A stretch of DNA of 64,000 nucleotides from Camelus ferus (taxonomy: Eukaryota). The notes beneath the pieces are model-generated. The model was not told the DNA's origin and did no database searches. It was given only the letters and a program-made list of their open reading frames with translations. Location of the stretch: assembly GCF_009834535.1 (NCBI RefSeq), contig NC_045696.1:86368001-86432000 (forward strand), written 5' to 3'. Position 1 is the stretch's first letter, and each line of letters starts with the position of its first letter. The position numbers and the translations under genes were made by a program. Shown in pieces: positions 25,502 through 38,279 of this stretch.

Positions 25502-25737
25502 TTTTTTTTAATTGACATTTGTTTGACTTACAAGGCTGTATTAGTTTTTGGTGTACCATATAGTGATTCAGTTACACACATACATATATTTCATATTCTT
25601 TTTCATTATAGGTTATTAGAAGTTATTGAATATAGTTCCCTGTGCTCTATCGTAGGATCTTATTTTTTAATCTGTTCTGTATATAGTAGTTCATCTCTGC
25701 TAATCCCAAACTCCCAATTTATCCCTTCCCCCTTCCC
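25502..25737 (-). mobile_element. 5'-truncated L1 3' end (cetartiodactyl-type) with a diverged TSD
   Basis: 'tagtgattcagtta', 'ttgaatatagttccctgtgct', 'ctgctaatcccaaactcccaatttatccc'. Flanks are tcccgtggatttt (25493-25505) and tcccatggatatt (25734-25746). Confidence 0.9.
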
Positions 25738-27202
25738 ATGGATATTAAAGGAAGACAAGAAATATTGCCAGAAACTCTTCAGCAACTTCCATCAACAATA
25801 CTTCTGCCCCAGTAACTCAAATTCACTTTTTCTAGAATTTAGCCTGTCTCTCTTCAATCTAGAAGATGACTGATGCAGCTATTATATAGCAAAATGTTGT
25901 AATGAAATATCTAACTCTGAGCTTCCACTACAGACCTTGATTCTAGATTTTCTACAACTTTATACTGGTCACATCACTCACCTCTTCAGCTGAGTAGACT
26001 CTCCGACTCTCTAGTTAGGATTTTAACTAACTTCACATGATTAATCTCACAATATGTTTCCATTGCTTTTCCAGAATATAGTAAACTCTCATGTGGCTTG
26101 TAATCCTATTCTTGTTCTGCTGATAGTTTTGTTCTATTGTCTTAAAATCTTTATGTGGCAACTTCAATAAGATAATAGTGGAAAGAAGAAACTAACATGT
26201 TCTTGGTTCACCCTTGTTATTTTTGGGAGGACTCAGCTATAGAGATAAATGAGAACTATTCCTTTTAGCAACAATTAAACAAAGATTAAATACTTTCACA
26301 TTAACATATTTAAACTTAAAAGAATCTAACTATTAATAAATGTCCCAGTTATAAAGAAAAAAATTTTCAGGGCAAGTGGAAAGGGCCAAGAACACTGCAA
26401 AATGGTAAAGACAACTAAACATTAAAAAAATGTAAAACAGATATTATGGTCTAACCAAAGCTGCAGATTTTTCACCTTTTTTCCTTAGGAAAGAAGATTT
26501 AAAATTATACATTAGATCTTCATTGGATATCAGTTTAGGTTTCTTATGTATCAGGTTTAGACTTAAACTTTAATTTCTCTCATTTTAGATTTTTAGTACA
26601 TTTTGTTTCTAAGTTAAATAATTTGATATCTTTGCCAAGTCTTGAGCTAAAGAATTCCATAAAGACTAGATTTAGATAGAACATATGGATTGGGCAGTTC
26701 TTTTCAGAATCTTAAAGATTTTTACTCCTAGCATGGAAATACAGGTTAGAAGTATTCCTTATAGAACGATGTATAAACAAGATTTAGTTCTATCTTGGTA
26801 TGTAGCATTTCACAGAAAAATCTTGCAAATTTTCTTGCAAAGGTTTAGTATGTAGTTATCCATTAATTAATTAATCTAGTCATTAATTAATCTAGTCAGT
26901 CATTTTTAGTAAGAGGTTAACAGTTAAGAAAGTAAAATTCAGCTAACATAAACACTCATAATATCTGATTTTTATTACTTTATTTACTATATTAACAAAT
27001 ATAACTGTTAATTACCTCTTTTTAAAATATATTGTTACATGTAAATTACAAGTTATATTTCATGGTACTAGTTGAAGTATTTGATATTGAATAGTCAGCA
27101 TCAATGCATTAAGAAATTAACTTAGTAATCAAAAAGGTATTTAGTAGGTAAGAAATCATAGCAATAAATATAAATTCTCCTTAAAAACAGTTATAAAAAT
27201 GA

Positions 27203-28256
27203 AGGAATCTGGAGGAATAACTCTCTGACTTCAGTCAATACTACAGAGCTACAGTAATCAAAACAGCATGGCACTGGCACAAAAACAGACATATGGATCA
27301 ATGGAACAGAATAGAGAGCCTAGAAATAAACCAACAGTCTTATGGTCAATTAATCTTTGACAAAGGAGACAAGAATATACAATGGAGAAAAGACAACCTC
27401 TTTGGTAAGTGGTATTGGGAAATCATGTAAATCAATTTTGCTAGACCACTCCTGTATACCATACACAAAAATAAATTCAAAATGGCTTAAAGACTTAAAT
27501 AGAAGACAAGACACTATAAACCTCCTAGAAGAAAACACAGGCAAAACTCTCTGACATAAGTCTTAGCAATGTTCTCCTAGAGAAGTCTACCAAGGAAATA
27601 GAAATAAAAGCAAAAATAAACAAATAGAACCTAATTAAACTTAAAAGCTTTTGCACAACAAAGGAAACAAGAAACAAAACAACAAGACTGAATGGCAGAA
27701 AATATCTGCAAATGATGTGACTGACAAGGGCTTAATTTCCAGAATATACAAACAGTTCATACAACTTACTAACAAAAAAAAGAACAATTCAATCAAAAAA
27801 TGGGCAGAAGACCTAAACAAATGTTTTTCCAATGAAAACATACAAATGGCCAATAGGTATGAAAAAATGCTCTATCACTAATTATCAAAGAAATGCAAAT
27901 CAAAACTACAATGAGGTATTCACTTCACATCAGTCAGAAAAGCCATCATTTAAAAGTCCACAAACAATAAGTGCTGGAGAGGGTGTGGGGAAAAGGGAAC
28001 CCTCCTACACTGTTGGTGGGAATGTAGTTTGGTGCAGCCATTATGGAAAACAGTATGGAGATTCCTTAAAAAACTAAAAATAGACTTACCATATGATCCA
28101 GTAATCTCACTCCTGGGCATATATTCTGAGGGAACTTTAATTCAAAACGATACCTGTACCCCAGTGTTCACAGCAGCACTATTTACAATAGCCAAGACTT
28201 GGAAGCAACCTAAATGTCTATTGACAGACAATTGGATAAAAAAGTTTTGATACGCG

Positions 28257-28296
<40 letters not shown>

Positions 28297-28747
28297 AATA
28301 CTACTCAGTCATAAAAAAGAATGAAATAATGCCTTTGCAGCAACACAGATGGACTTGGAGATTGTCATACTAAGTGAAGTAAGCTAGATTAGAGAAAGAA
28401 AAATACCATATGATATCACCTATATGTGGAATCTAAGAAAAGGTCATAAATGAATTTATTTACAAAACAAACAGACTCAGACATAGAAAACAAACTTACA
28501 GTTACCAGGGAAAAAGGTGTGGGGGGAAGGATAAACTGGGAGTTTGGGATTTGCAGATACTAACTACTATATATAAAATAGATAAATGACAAGGTCCTAC
28601 TGTATTGCACAGGGAAGTATATTCAATATACAATAGCCTATAATGAAAAAGAATATGAAAAGGAATATGAAAAGGAATATAAAAAACTGACTCACTATGC
28701 TGTATACCAGAAATTAACACAACATTGTAAACTGACTATACTTCAAT
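27203..28747 (+). mobile_element. 5'-truncated L1 (ORF2 C-terminus + 3' UTR), camelid-type, with perfect TSD
   Basis: ORF2 remnants in the ORF track ([37 protein letters not shown]). TSD aaaaacagttataaaaatga at 27183-27202 and 28748-28767. Confidence 0.97.
28253..28294 (+). repeat. (CG)6(CA)15 compound microsatellite inside L1
   Basis: Read directly. Confidence 0.97.
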
Positions 28748-28999
28748 AAAAACAGTTATAAAAATGATGCTAATGTAATAATATGAGCAAAAATAAGTTA
28801 ATGAGATTGGCAAGTAATTTGGTGCAGCGAGTGTATAGAATACATAAAAATTTTAAGTGCTTTGTAAATTATTCTTGAATTACCATAATTGGAAACTAAT
28901 CCATTTGAGACAACTTTTTTATCTAACAGAAAATGTCCATATTCATCTTCATAGGCAACAAATTCAAATAATCACATATTTATTAATTATCTACTGCAT

Positions 29000-30335
29000 G
29001 CAATACAGCAAAAAGAGTGTGATACTGACAGGTGTAAATTTAGAGTTTAGTGTTTGACACAGATATGAATCAACATTTTTTTGTACAACATCTAATGCCT
29101 CAAAATGAGTAAGTTCAGCATGCTAAGATGTCCTAGCAAGAGCCCTTCTCAGATTCAAGGAGGTACACTGAAGTTACCTTCAGAGAATGGATGAGACCTA
29201 AGCTGAGTCTTGAGTAGTGGTTAGGTGTTACCTGGTTTAGGATGCATTTGGTGGGGATATGAAATACCTGGTAAGAGGTAGAGGAATGAAAGATGACAAA
29301 CTTAGATAAATTTCATGCAGGAGTATTAAATGTTTTTGAGATTGTGACAGAAGTGAGATGGAGAAGGAAAAACTCAAAGCTGAACCTAGAGAGGTAAGGA
29401 AGAAGTCACAGGATTTTGTATGCTGTATCAGTTTTTCAAGAGAGAAGTTTGTTCTGAGGGCAATTATTAAATACTTTTTTAAAATATAGTAATCATTTAA
29501 ATCTTCATAAAGAAAGTGTGGCTATATTATCAACAAATTTGGAGAGAAACTATTCTTGAAGGAGAACTACCTGATATGAGACACTTATGATAAATCAAAT
29601 GAAAGATAATGTCAGACAGAACAAAGATAATGGCAATGAGATGGGAAAAACAAAACAAACAAACAAACAAAAAAGACATACTTGAGAAATATAATATCAT
29701 GGAAGAAAAATCAATAGGCCCTAATGGTTGATTCAGTATAGGGTGGAAGTAGAGGTGGTAGTGGGACTCGATAAGAAATACGGTAAAGTCACAAATATCT
29801 GAATTGGTGACACCACTTACCAAGGCAAAAAGGACAGTAAAAAGTTCAGTTTGAACTGTTTGAACTGGCAGTGCCTCTTGCACATCCAATTTGAGAGTTC
29901 TCCTAGGCAGCTAATTATATGTGTCTGGGACTCGAGAGGGATCAGGGCTGTAAATATAGATGTGTAAGACAGCAACATATAAGTGGTTTCTGAAAATATG
30001 GGAATTAATAGTTTTGCCCGGGAAAATGAGTAAAGTGAGAACAAAAATATGTTTGTGAAAGAATCCTAAAGAACACCAGCCATTGTGAGACAAAGGAAGA
30101 AAGTTGGAGAATGAGGCTGAATAGGGGTAGCCAGGTACATAAGAGAAAACTCCAAAGGGTACATGTCACAGAATCCACCAAGTTATTAGAGTTCACTTTA
30201 GTAATAATATCAACTGTAAACTGTCATGCAAGTCAGAGACTCAGAGTCATTACAATTTTGGGACTGAATGCTTGCAATAAGATGGTAACAGAAGAACTCC
30301 CAGTGAAATGTATGGCAGGAAAAATGGAGGAGGGC
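29000..30335 (-). mobile_element. L2 fragment
   Basis: 'cctaagctgagtcttgag', 'agttcagtttgaactgttt', 'acatcca..ggcagct..tgtgtctgggactc..gatcagggctg.aaatatagat' are antisense L2 motifs. Confidence 0.7.
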
Positions 30336-30494
30336 TAGAGAGGGCCAGCTTAATCCTCTCTCTTAAGTTAGCTCTACACTGGCCTACTGTTAATTGTGTA
30401 AATTATATTACTCATGCCACTTTCCTTGCTGGGGATATCTAACCTTTATTTACTCCAGAGACAAGAGTTTACCTCTTACTTTAGACTCTGAAGG

Positions 30495-30990
30495 TATCAG
30501 TCAGGGTTCATAGTTTTAAGCAGCAGACTATGACTCTACTTTATTTGAGCAGAGAAAGGGAATTTATTTAAAGAATATAGGTGGGATGACTGGCATATCA
30601 GAATGAGATAAAGATAAAACAGAGATTTAAGCCAGAAAAAAAATGCAGCCAAAACTCATCTAGAAAAATACCTCTAACTGTCTAACACTAGTGGCCATGC
30701 CTCTACCAGCACCTCTTCCCTCGGTCCCTTTTCTGGTGCCCCTGGAAGCACTAACCCTTCTCCCAGAAAAAAAAATTCTTTACCATCCCTTCTGTTCAAG
30801 CATAGCTCCAAATTCAAAGTTTCTGACATCCTTTCACATCCCTACCCGCTACCATAGGTTGAGCCTAGATCTTATGACCAGGTCCTAAGTTCTAGGGAAC
30901 CAAGAAGACTGGTGTTTTCAGCTTCTATATTGGGAGACATGGTCTACCTCTCACTGAGCCTGAGTCTGTACCAAAAAATGTGTAAAATTC
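30495..30990 (-). mobile_element. Old MaLR LTR (MLT1L/M/N-like)
   Basis: 'tatcagtcagggttc..agcagcaga..gactct..ttgagcagagaaagggaatttatt.aaagaata'. Confidence 0.45.
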
Positions 30991-31203
30991 CCCAAAAGTA
31001 AGATGTGTGCCTACAAAGTACCAATACAGAAGTCACATTTACACAACAATGACTAATTTATCTTCCCCCCTCCCCAAGAAGTTATTTGTTATCCACTCAG
31101 GTAGATTATAAACTCTTCTGGCATTAACCCTGTCTTCAGTTTGTTAATCTCCCATTTGAGCCAGCACAATTCTCAGAATATCGGCACTTGATAGGTATTT
31201 AGC

Positions 31204-31633
31204 TGTGGTTGATCACATTGTTAACCTCACCTCTTCATTCCTCACAATTTCACACTCTTTGTCAGGTGGCTTTTCAGTTCCTTTCATTAAGGGATGGAGT
31301 ATCTTTCCCTGACCTGTGAATTTTTGGGTTTGTCATGTGGTTTATTTAACCAATAGAATCAGGCTGAAGTAAGTGTGCATGAGTATTAAGCCTGCGTGTT
31401 GAGACTCCTTGTCCATTTCCACTTGTGTCTTGTGCTTCTGCCATTACTATGAGATCAATGTACTTGGACTAAACTTTGGTCCCAGGTCCAGCAGAAAAGC
31501 TACAAAGAAAAGCTGCAGCAGCAAGCCCCACTCATACCATCTGATCCAAATGACTGTGAGCTAAATAAATACTAATTGTTATGAGGTGCTGAGTTTGGTG
31601 GAGTTTGTTATGCAGAAGTAACTAACTGATACA
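31204..31633 (+). mobile_element. MLT1H/I-like solo LTR
   Basis: Starts tgtgg. Contains 'tcatgtgg.tt..aaccaatagaat' and 'tgtgcttctgccattactatgaga'. Ends 'aataaatactaattgttatgag..ctgagtttgg..gtttgttatgcag..aactgataca'. Confidence 0.8.
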
Positions 31634-34589
31634 AATGTTTAGGAGACTTTTTTTTCCATATAAAAACAAAGGCAACATAAAAATAGTAATGTTTCAGTTT
31701 TTTAGGTTTGAAAAATGAAATAAAAGAGAATATATTCCCTTGTTTATATCATCTTTCAAAGTCTGTTTTTTAATGGCATTTTATCTAAATGGAATATCCC
31801 TGTCTCATTGTCTTTTTATGTAGAAAATTTAAAAGATTTCCTCTTTAAATGTTATCTTAATCCTAATATGTTCCATATTCCTGTCACGTCTCAGTTGTGA
31901 GAGTCACAGCTCAAGGTTACCACTGAGTGAGTCACGTCAAAGGGAAAACCCCCCCCAAACAGTATGATGTTTGGACTTCTAGTATCTATCCCACTGTTTA
32001 AGTGAAGAATAGGAACTTCTGCTCAGTCATGTGAGTAAGTCTATACACCTTGTGGAGTCCCTTGGGACAGGGTACCTTGAGAACTATTGTATAAAGTGAC
32101 AGAGAATGATTTTTACAAGAAAAACAATTAAGAAAAATAAAAGTCTAAATTTAAGTCATGTTGTTACTTTTCTTTTTCCTCATAACTCATATGATGTATA
32201 CTGATATGGATTCAGGCACATAGTAATTGCCAACAAATAAGTAATGCATATTTCATAATTTAATAGCAAAAAAAAGGACAGGAGAAGTCACATCAAGATA
32301 AATGTGCTAAAAATATTACACTGAACAAAATTCAGTAATGAAAAAATAGAAATGTCAAAGATAAAACTGAGAAGTGCCATTGTTACACATTCAGTTTACT
32401 GTAGGGAGATAATGTATTTTAAACTCCACATGATATATAATTGGAACTGGAATAGTTATGTAATTAAGATAGCTTGCTGCCTTCCATTATAATCCCCACC
32501 CACTAGAGGGATGACAGATGGGTAATTTTAAGCTTTCAGCTGCAGAGAGGGAATGGGCTTATTGCTTCATCTGTCAGGTAAGCCACTTTGCAGTCATCTT
32601 CAACTTCATTAAAGCTTTCCCATCTTAGAAGAAACACATTTCAATATGGAAAATAGGTTGTTTGGGGATATTTATGCTTCACCTCTCTCATTGCATCAGC
32701 TGTCCTGTGTCAGATTTGTACTCAGAACTCTTCTACAAAGTCAGTGATAAATTTGGCAGTATTCATGCAACCCTCAGAAACAAAATAATTAAGGCTGGAA
32801 CTTCAATTAGCTCTCCATATCTAAACATTTTCTTTTCTTCCATGCTGACCATAAACAAAGTCCAAATTGGTGTTTTTACCTTCTTCCTCCTTTCATTGAC
32901 AATTAGCCTTCCCTTCTCTAATATTATATCACATGTTGGTTGACTGTGTTGCAAGTTTAGGACAAGCACACTAGTCACTGAATACATTTACAATGATGTG
33001 GTTCTATTTTCCAGAGAATGCCAATATTATGTTAATTATGTTAATAATTAACTATAAGGCCCTATATCTTATTTTTAATATCCTTCACCCTGGAAAGTGC
33101 TGAGAAAATAGGTAATTTTAAATGCTTTCTAAATGTTGAGCCATACCATACGGATAAGACAATAAATGTAGAACAATATTTAAGTGGAACTAGGGGAAAG
33201 AAACTCTAGCACTATCGTATGCCAACAAACCTGCTTATTCAGTTGGCAAATGGAATAGATCATATGAAAGGCTACATGATAGTTTGTTTCCCTGTTTAAG
33301 AGGAATCAGTGATGGACCATGCTTACAGTCATCAGCTGTAATTAAAGCAGTCTAGTTGGGTGAGAGAATCTCTGCAAGAGCTGTGTTATATGCACTTCTA
33401 AACGTGGCAAGTAATTATGTAAAACCTGTCAGCAAATAGCCTTTATGAGAAGTTTTCAGATGCATTTGCTTTTTGATGTATCACAATATTTTAAATTTAC
33501 TTAATGCTATTAAAATGATCTAGAGTTTCCCTCTTGAATTATTAGTATGCAATATCAAGGAAACTCTAACTTTTTTTTCAGATCTAAGACATATGATGCT
33601 TGTTAAGATCACCATGAAAGCAGGAACATACCCACTTAGCTAAGAACTATCTCATAATCTTTCAAATCCTGACCACCAAAAATGATACAAAATATATCTT
33701 AATTTTATAAATCAAGTAATTTTTATTTCTACATATATTAGCTATTCAATTGATCAAAATCAATTACTTGCACATAGGGCTGTGCACGTGTCTAGAATTT
33801 CACCAATAAATGCTGTATTTCTAGTACTCATAGCTTGGGATATGTAATAGCTAATTGCTTTCTTTCCGTCAGCTAAAACAATACACTTCCACTTAAAGTC
33901 TGAAACATTGCTTGATCTCACATTAGAATTGTCAGAGGTTTGCTAAATGAATAAACAGACTTGCTGCCATCTAATGTTTTAATATATTGCCGACTGAGTT
34001 CCCTTTTGGCAAAAATCCCTGGAATTTCAAGACCTTCATGCATATATTTAAACATAAAAGTGATAATTTAAATAAAGAATGAAAGTAAAATGGACCAACA
34101 GTGTTGTTCCATCTTTTGTTTCATTTAAATAAGATGTAACATGAGGTTCCTAGCTTCAATTGCCATTAGAGCAACTCTAAAAATAACCTAGACCTACACA
34201 AAAGCAAAGCTGTGGTTTTTAAATTTTGTAAAAATTATATCAAACCCATGTTTTTAGCTTTCAGTTTTTAATCTGAACTTAACACTGCAACTATTATATT
34301 TGAATAGAATAGTCTCACAAATGGAATATTCTCACAAAAATACTTGCATGTTTATTTTCTATTCACATTTGTAGGCTAATTTTAAATTTATTATTATATT
34401 ATAACGTGACTCAAGCAAGCCTTACATTTTTAAAAGAGAGCAAACTCTTGGCCTAATTATTAATAAAGGAACGTAAAAATAAAAAGCAGAGAGTAACAAA
34501 TTTAACCATAAAACAGGAAACTGCTTCTTCCCTCAAATGAACTAGAAAGTAGAGATGAAACCGGAGACTTGATAGTATTTTCCTAAAAT

Positions 34590-35290
34590 TACAGAAGACA
34601 AATGAAATCCAATCTTTCAAATGTTGAAATAAGAATGCTAACCCAGAGTGCTATAAGCAGATAAAATATTCTTCAAAATAGTAATTAAATAAAGATATTT
34701 TTTAGACAGACAAAAGCTAAGAGGGTTCAGAACAAGCAGATCTGCGCTAAAAGAAGAAAAATGTCACCAGATGTGACTGGAAATAGAGAATGCAGAGTAG
34801 TGGACAAGGTAAACTAATCAAACCCTATATAAATATTCACATTTCAAATTATTATTATAATGATAACATAATAATACTGGATTCAAAGCACATGTAGAGA
34901 TTACATATATGAAAACAAAAGCACAAAAGATGGGGACAAGGAATAGCACTCAATATACGTAAGGGTCTCACAAAGGTATAGAAGTGGTAAAAGTACTAAT
35001 TTAAAGAAAATTATAAAATATTTAGTAATGAAACATACACTTTTAAATAATCTAAGGGTAAATACTAAAAAATCGTAATGGAAATCAGAAAATTTTTGAT
35101 CTAAAAGTTAATAAAAATGTGACTTTTAAAACTTGTATATTGCAAATAAAGCAGAAAGAATATTTATACATTTAAGTGCATGTATTAAAAAAAAATCAAT
35201 GATCTGAGCTTCCATGTCATATGACTAGAGATAAGAACAACAAAGTAAAGCCAGAGACTTAAAAAAAAAAAGGACATAATAAAATTGAGT
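34590..35290 (+). mobile_element. Old L1 (L1M4/L1ME-like): ORF1 end, inter-ORF and ORF2 fragments
   Basis: 'aataaagatatttttagacagacaaaagctaagag..agcagatctgcgctaaaagaa', 'atggaaatcagaaaattttt', 'aaatcaatgatctgagcttcca'. Confidence 0.65.
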
Positions 35291-35524
35291 GAGACAGCCA
35301 GCCACAACTGTTGGTGAAAGTCAATAAATTTCCCCAAAGTAGCTTACAGTTAGACATTATAAGGAAGAAAACTCTTATTCAAAACATAAGCCTTATCTAT
35401 TTAGAATAAACTTTATAATGAGAATAAATTTTCTGAGGAAAATAAGATTTTAAATGGAAAATACATTAAACTTGGAAAACACTGTTCTTTTTCGTAATTA
35501 TGTTATTTCAGGTTTAAGAGCAAA

Positions 35525-35950
35525 TCGGGTCATGGGTCCTGGGGCAACAGTATACCCATCCTGCTGCACCTGGGGATTGGGTGGCAGTTCGGAGACCTGG
35601 TCCTCTTGACTATGCCTGTCACCCAATGTAAGGCCAGGCCTGAAGGGAGAGGAACCACTGGCAACCCCGCCCCCCACATGAACATGGCTCCAGACTCAAA
35701 GCTGGGAATAGAAAGCCCACACCTGCCTGGGTGTGATAAGATAAGAGGTTGTAGCTCAAACGCCACAGACCTGCTATTCTTACCAACATCAGTCAGATTT
35801 CCTTCAGTGAAGAATTCTCCATTTGCTGTATGCCCTCAAACTAATTTCCAGAGAATTTAAATAACTAAAAAATAATTTTTACCAGTTAAATTCTTGTTTT
35901 GCTCAGGAGAGGATCAGCTGAATTCCTTACCCATGTAGACGCCCCCTATT
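35525..35950 (-). mobile_element. Old L1 (L1MC/MD-like) GC-rich 5' UTR, antisense
   Basis: 'ttcttacca..ttctccatttgctgtatgccct..aatttccagaga..ataattttaccagtt..ttgttttgct..ggagagg' is the antisense of an old L1 5' end and explains the local GC rise. Confidence 0.65.
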
Positions 35951-36299
35951 ATAATCTATCATAAAACTATTATGACACTTGAATACTTCAATATTAATAC
36001 TTGAAACAGAAAGACCAATGAAGAAAACAGAAAATCTAAATTAGATTCAATCACATATGAGCTTGGTATAAGATAATGACATTTCAAGTCTGAGAAATTT
36101 AATTATTAAACACTGGTTTTGGTAACTCAGAAAAATAAAAACACTCTTAAGTTTTGCTTTACCTTATTTACTAACATAAAGTACAGATTAGAATCTTGGC
36201 CCCAGTGAATTAAGCCACTGTCAATACTGAATTAAAAAAAAGATACAAAAATACCTTGTTGTGAGATTCTCTATTGTTTTACCTTTGTCTGTTGATCCA

Positions 36300-36450
36300 G
36301 GGGAGGACTTTGAGCTTCTAGGCCAAGGCAGAGCCATTAGATAGAAGGATCCTGGGTTTCTGGATGTCTGCATGGAGCAGAGTCCTCCAAACACTTTCCA
36401 AATAACTGTAATGTAAGTGACAAATAAACTGCTGTTGTATTGAGCAAGTA
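36300..36450 (+). mobile_element. MLT1J-like LTR fragment
   Basis: 'gcagagcca..agatagaagga.cctgggt..ctggatg.ctgcatggagcagag..atgtaagtga.aaataaact'. Confidence 0.6.
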
Positions 36451-37984
36451 ACAGAGGAACACAGGCAATTTATAATTCACATCAAAGACAACAGCGATAC
36501 ACAGCGTCCATTGGCATCAGCTACAATACCCTTGATCAAGTGATGTCTGAGGTGCAGCTTTGGCTGTGATTCTGACCTCCTGACATTCCTTTGTTCCTGA
36601 TTTTTTTCTGTGAGATTTTTGAGATACGTTACATTCTCTAAGTCTTTTTCTGTTACACAGAGATCACTGCTAATGTTTATATTTAAGAATCTTTAACAGT
36701 TACATCTTCTTAATTTAAAAGTATTTTTATAAATCAATGAGGCAGAATAAATGATTTCACAAAATTATAGATGATATATATCAAGTTCCTTTCATGTTCA
36801 AACTTTCAAAGTAGAGAAGAACCAAGAAGAAATGTAAAAAATATTAGAATAAAGATGAAAAGTTAGAACATTTATGTCAAATTTCTCCCAATAGAAGTGA
36901 ATTGCAAAAAAAAGGTGTTGCTCAAACATGATGAAGCTACGTATACAACAAAGGTGAAATTTTTTTTAATTTGAACTTTGGCAAGAAAGCATCATTAGTA
37001 AACATTTTGAGATTATTTCATATGAAGACATAGTATCCAGTAAAGAATTAGCCACATATTTGGTTATAACTTAAAAAATGAATAATCAGTAAATATTGGA
37101 TGACAGAAAGATACATCAAGGGCTAATCTACTGTAATAGAGATGACTGAAATTTAATATCCCTTTCCCACACTTGTATAAGATCTGTTGGCAGATGGACA
37201 GGCTCAGCGTATTTTTGAAGTGTTGAGCATATATATGTTGGGAAGGAGTTTTTAAAAACAAATGTATTATGTAAAGCAGCTAGGTTTGAGTACGAGTTCC
37301 CTAAGTGCTATATGAAAGCTAATAGTTGGGGTGCCTACCCAGGCTGCACTATTTATGCTGTTATCCCTTGGTAGAAAGATGCTTCCTTCCAGGCAGAACG
37401 AATAATAGGATTGGGGTGAAGAGTCAAAGTTTAAACCATTCCTGTGGCTGAATGAAGAACACTATATAAAGACTAAGGATTTTGCTCTGTGAGGAGACAC
37501 CTTCATTTATTCAGTAAATAGGCTCACTGCTTGGTTGGTCTTTCTGTATTCAGAGCCAGCCGAACTCTTAACAGTGAGAGATTTCAGAGAAAACTAATCT
37601 ATGTCTGACAATTTAATGTTAAGAGTTGTAAGCACTTCTGGAAAAGCTGATGTCACTGGAGAGAATAGAAGCAAAGCAGGTTAGCCTCTCCAATAAACAC
37701 CTCATTATAAAAAAAAAAAAAAAAAAAGACTTGAGTTTAACCTGGATGAAGAGTTCACTGATTACGAAAAGATATCAGGTAGCATCAATAATGAGCATCA
37801 GTCCAAGGAACACCTAACTGCTCCCAGAAAAACATTCCTTCGTTTAATAATCATCCTAGACACTAGTTCTGCAACTTCGGTGATTCAAAGAGAGGATACT
37901 CAGGTCCAAGGAGAGAAAATGCTATGTGAAAAATTCATACCCTGATAGAGAACCTAGGTTTGAAATCAGGCAAACCAGATTTTA

Positions 37985-38245
37985 TTATTTAGAGATTCAA
38001 TTTTGATGATAATATTATAAAAGAAATAAGTAAGTATTATCTTAAAATTCAGGTTAGTGATATCTCCAAGAGTGGGAAGAAGTTTTCTTTAGTTAAAATA
38101 TAATCCAGGAGCTTCTGAGGTGTGGCAATTTTCTGATCTTTACTTGGAGAGTGATTAGCTGATTGTTCATTTTCTATTTATTACATTAGATATGTATGGT
38201 TTGTGTCCTTTATTCTCTGTGTATTAGATTTGACAACACAAAGTG
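37985..38245 (+). mobile_element. L1ME/L1MC4-type 3' end
   Basis: 'aaaattcaggttagtg', 'gagcttctgaggtgtggcaattttctg.tctt.acttgga', 'ttctctgtgtattagattt'. Confidence 0.55.
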
Positions 38246-38279
38246 AAAATTGATCTGGGAGAAATTATTACGATGTTAT

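Noticed and set aside
35525..35860. GC-rich segment with overlapping 78/84-aa ORFs as an exon or processed pseudogene
   Set aside because: It is contiguous with an antisense old-L1 5' end, and no frame resembles a known protein.
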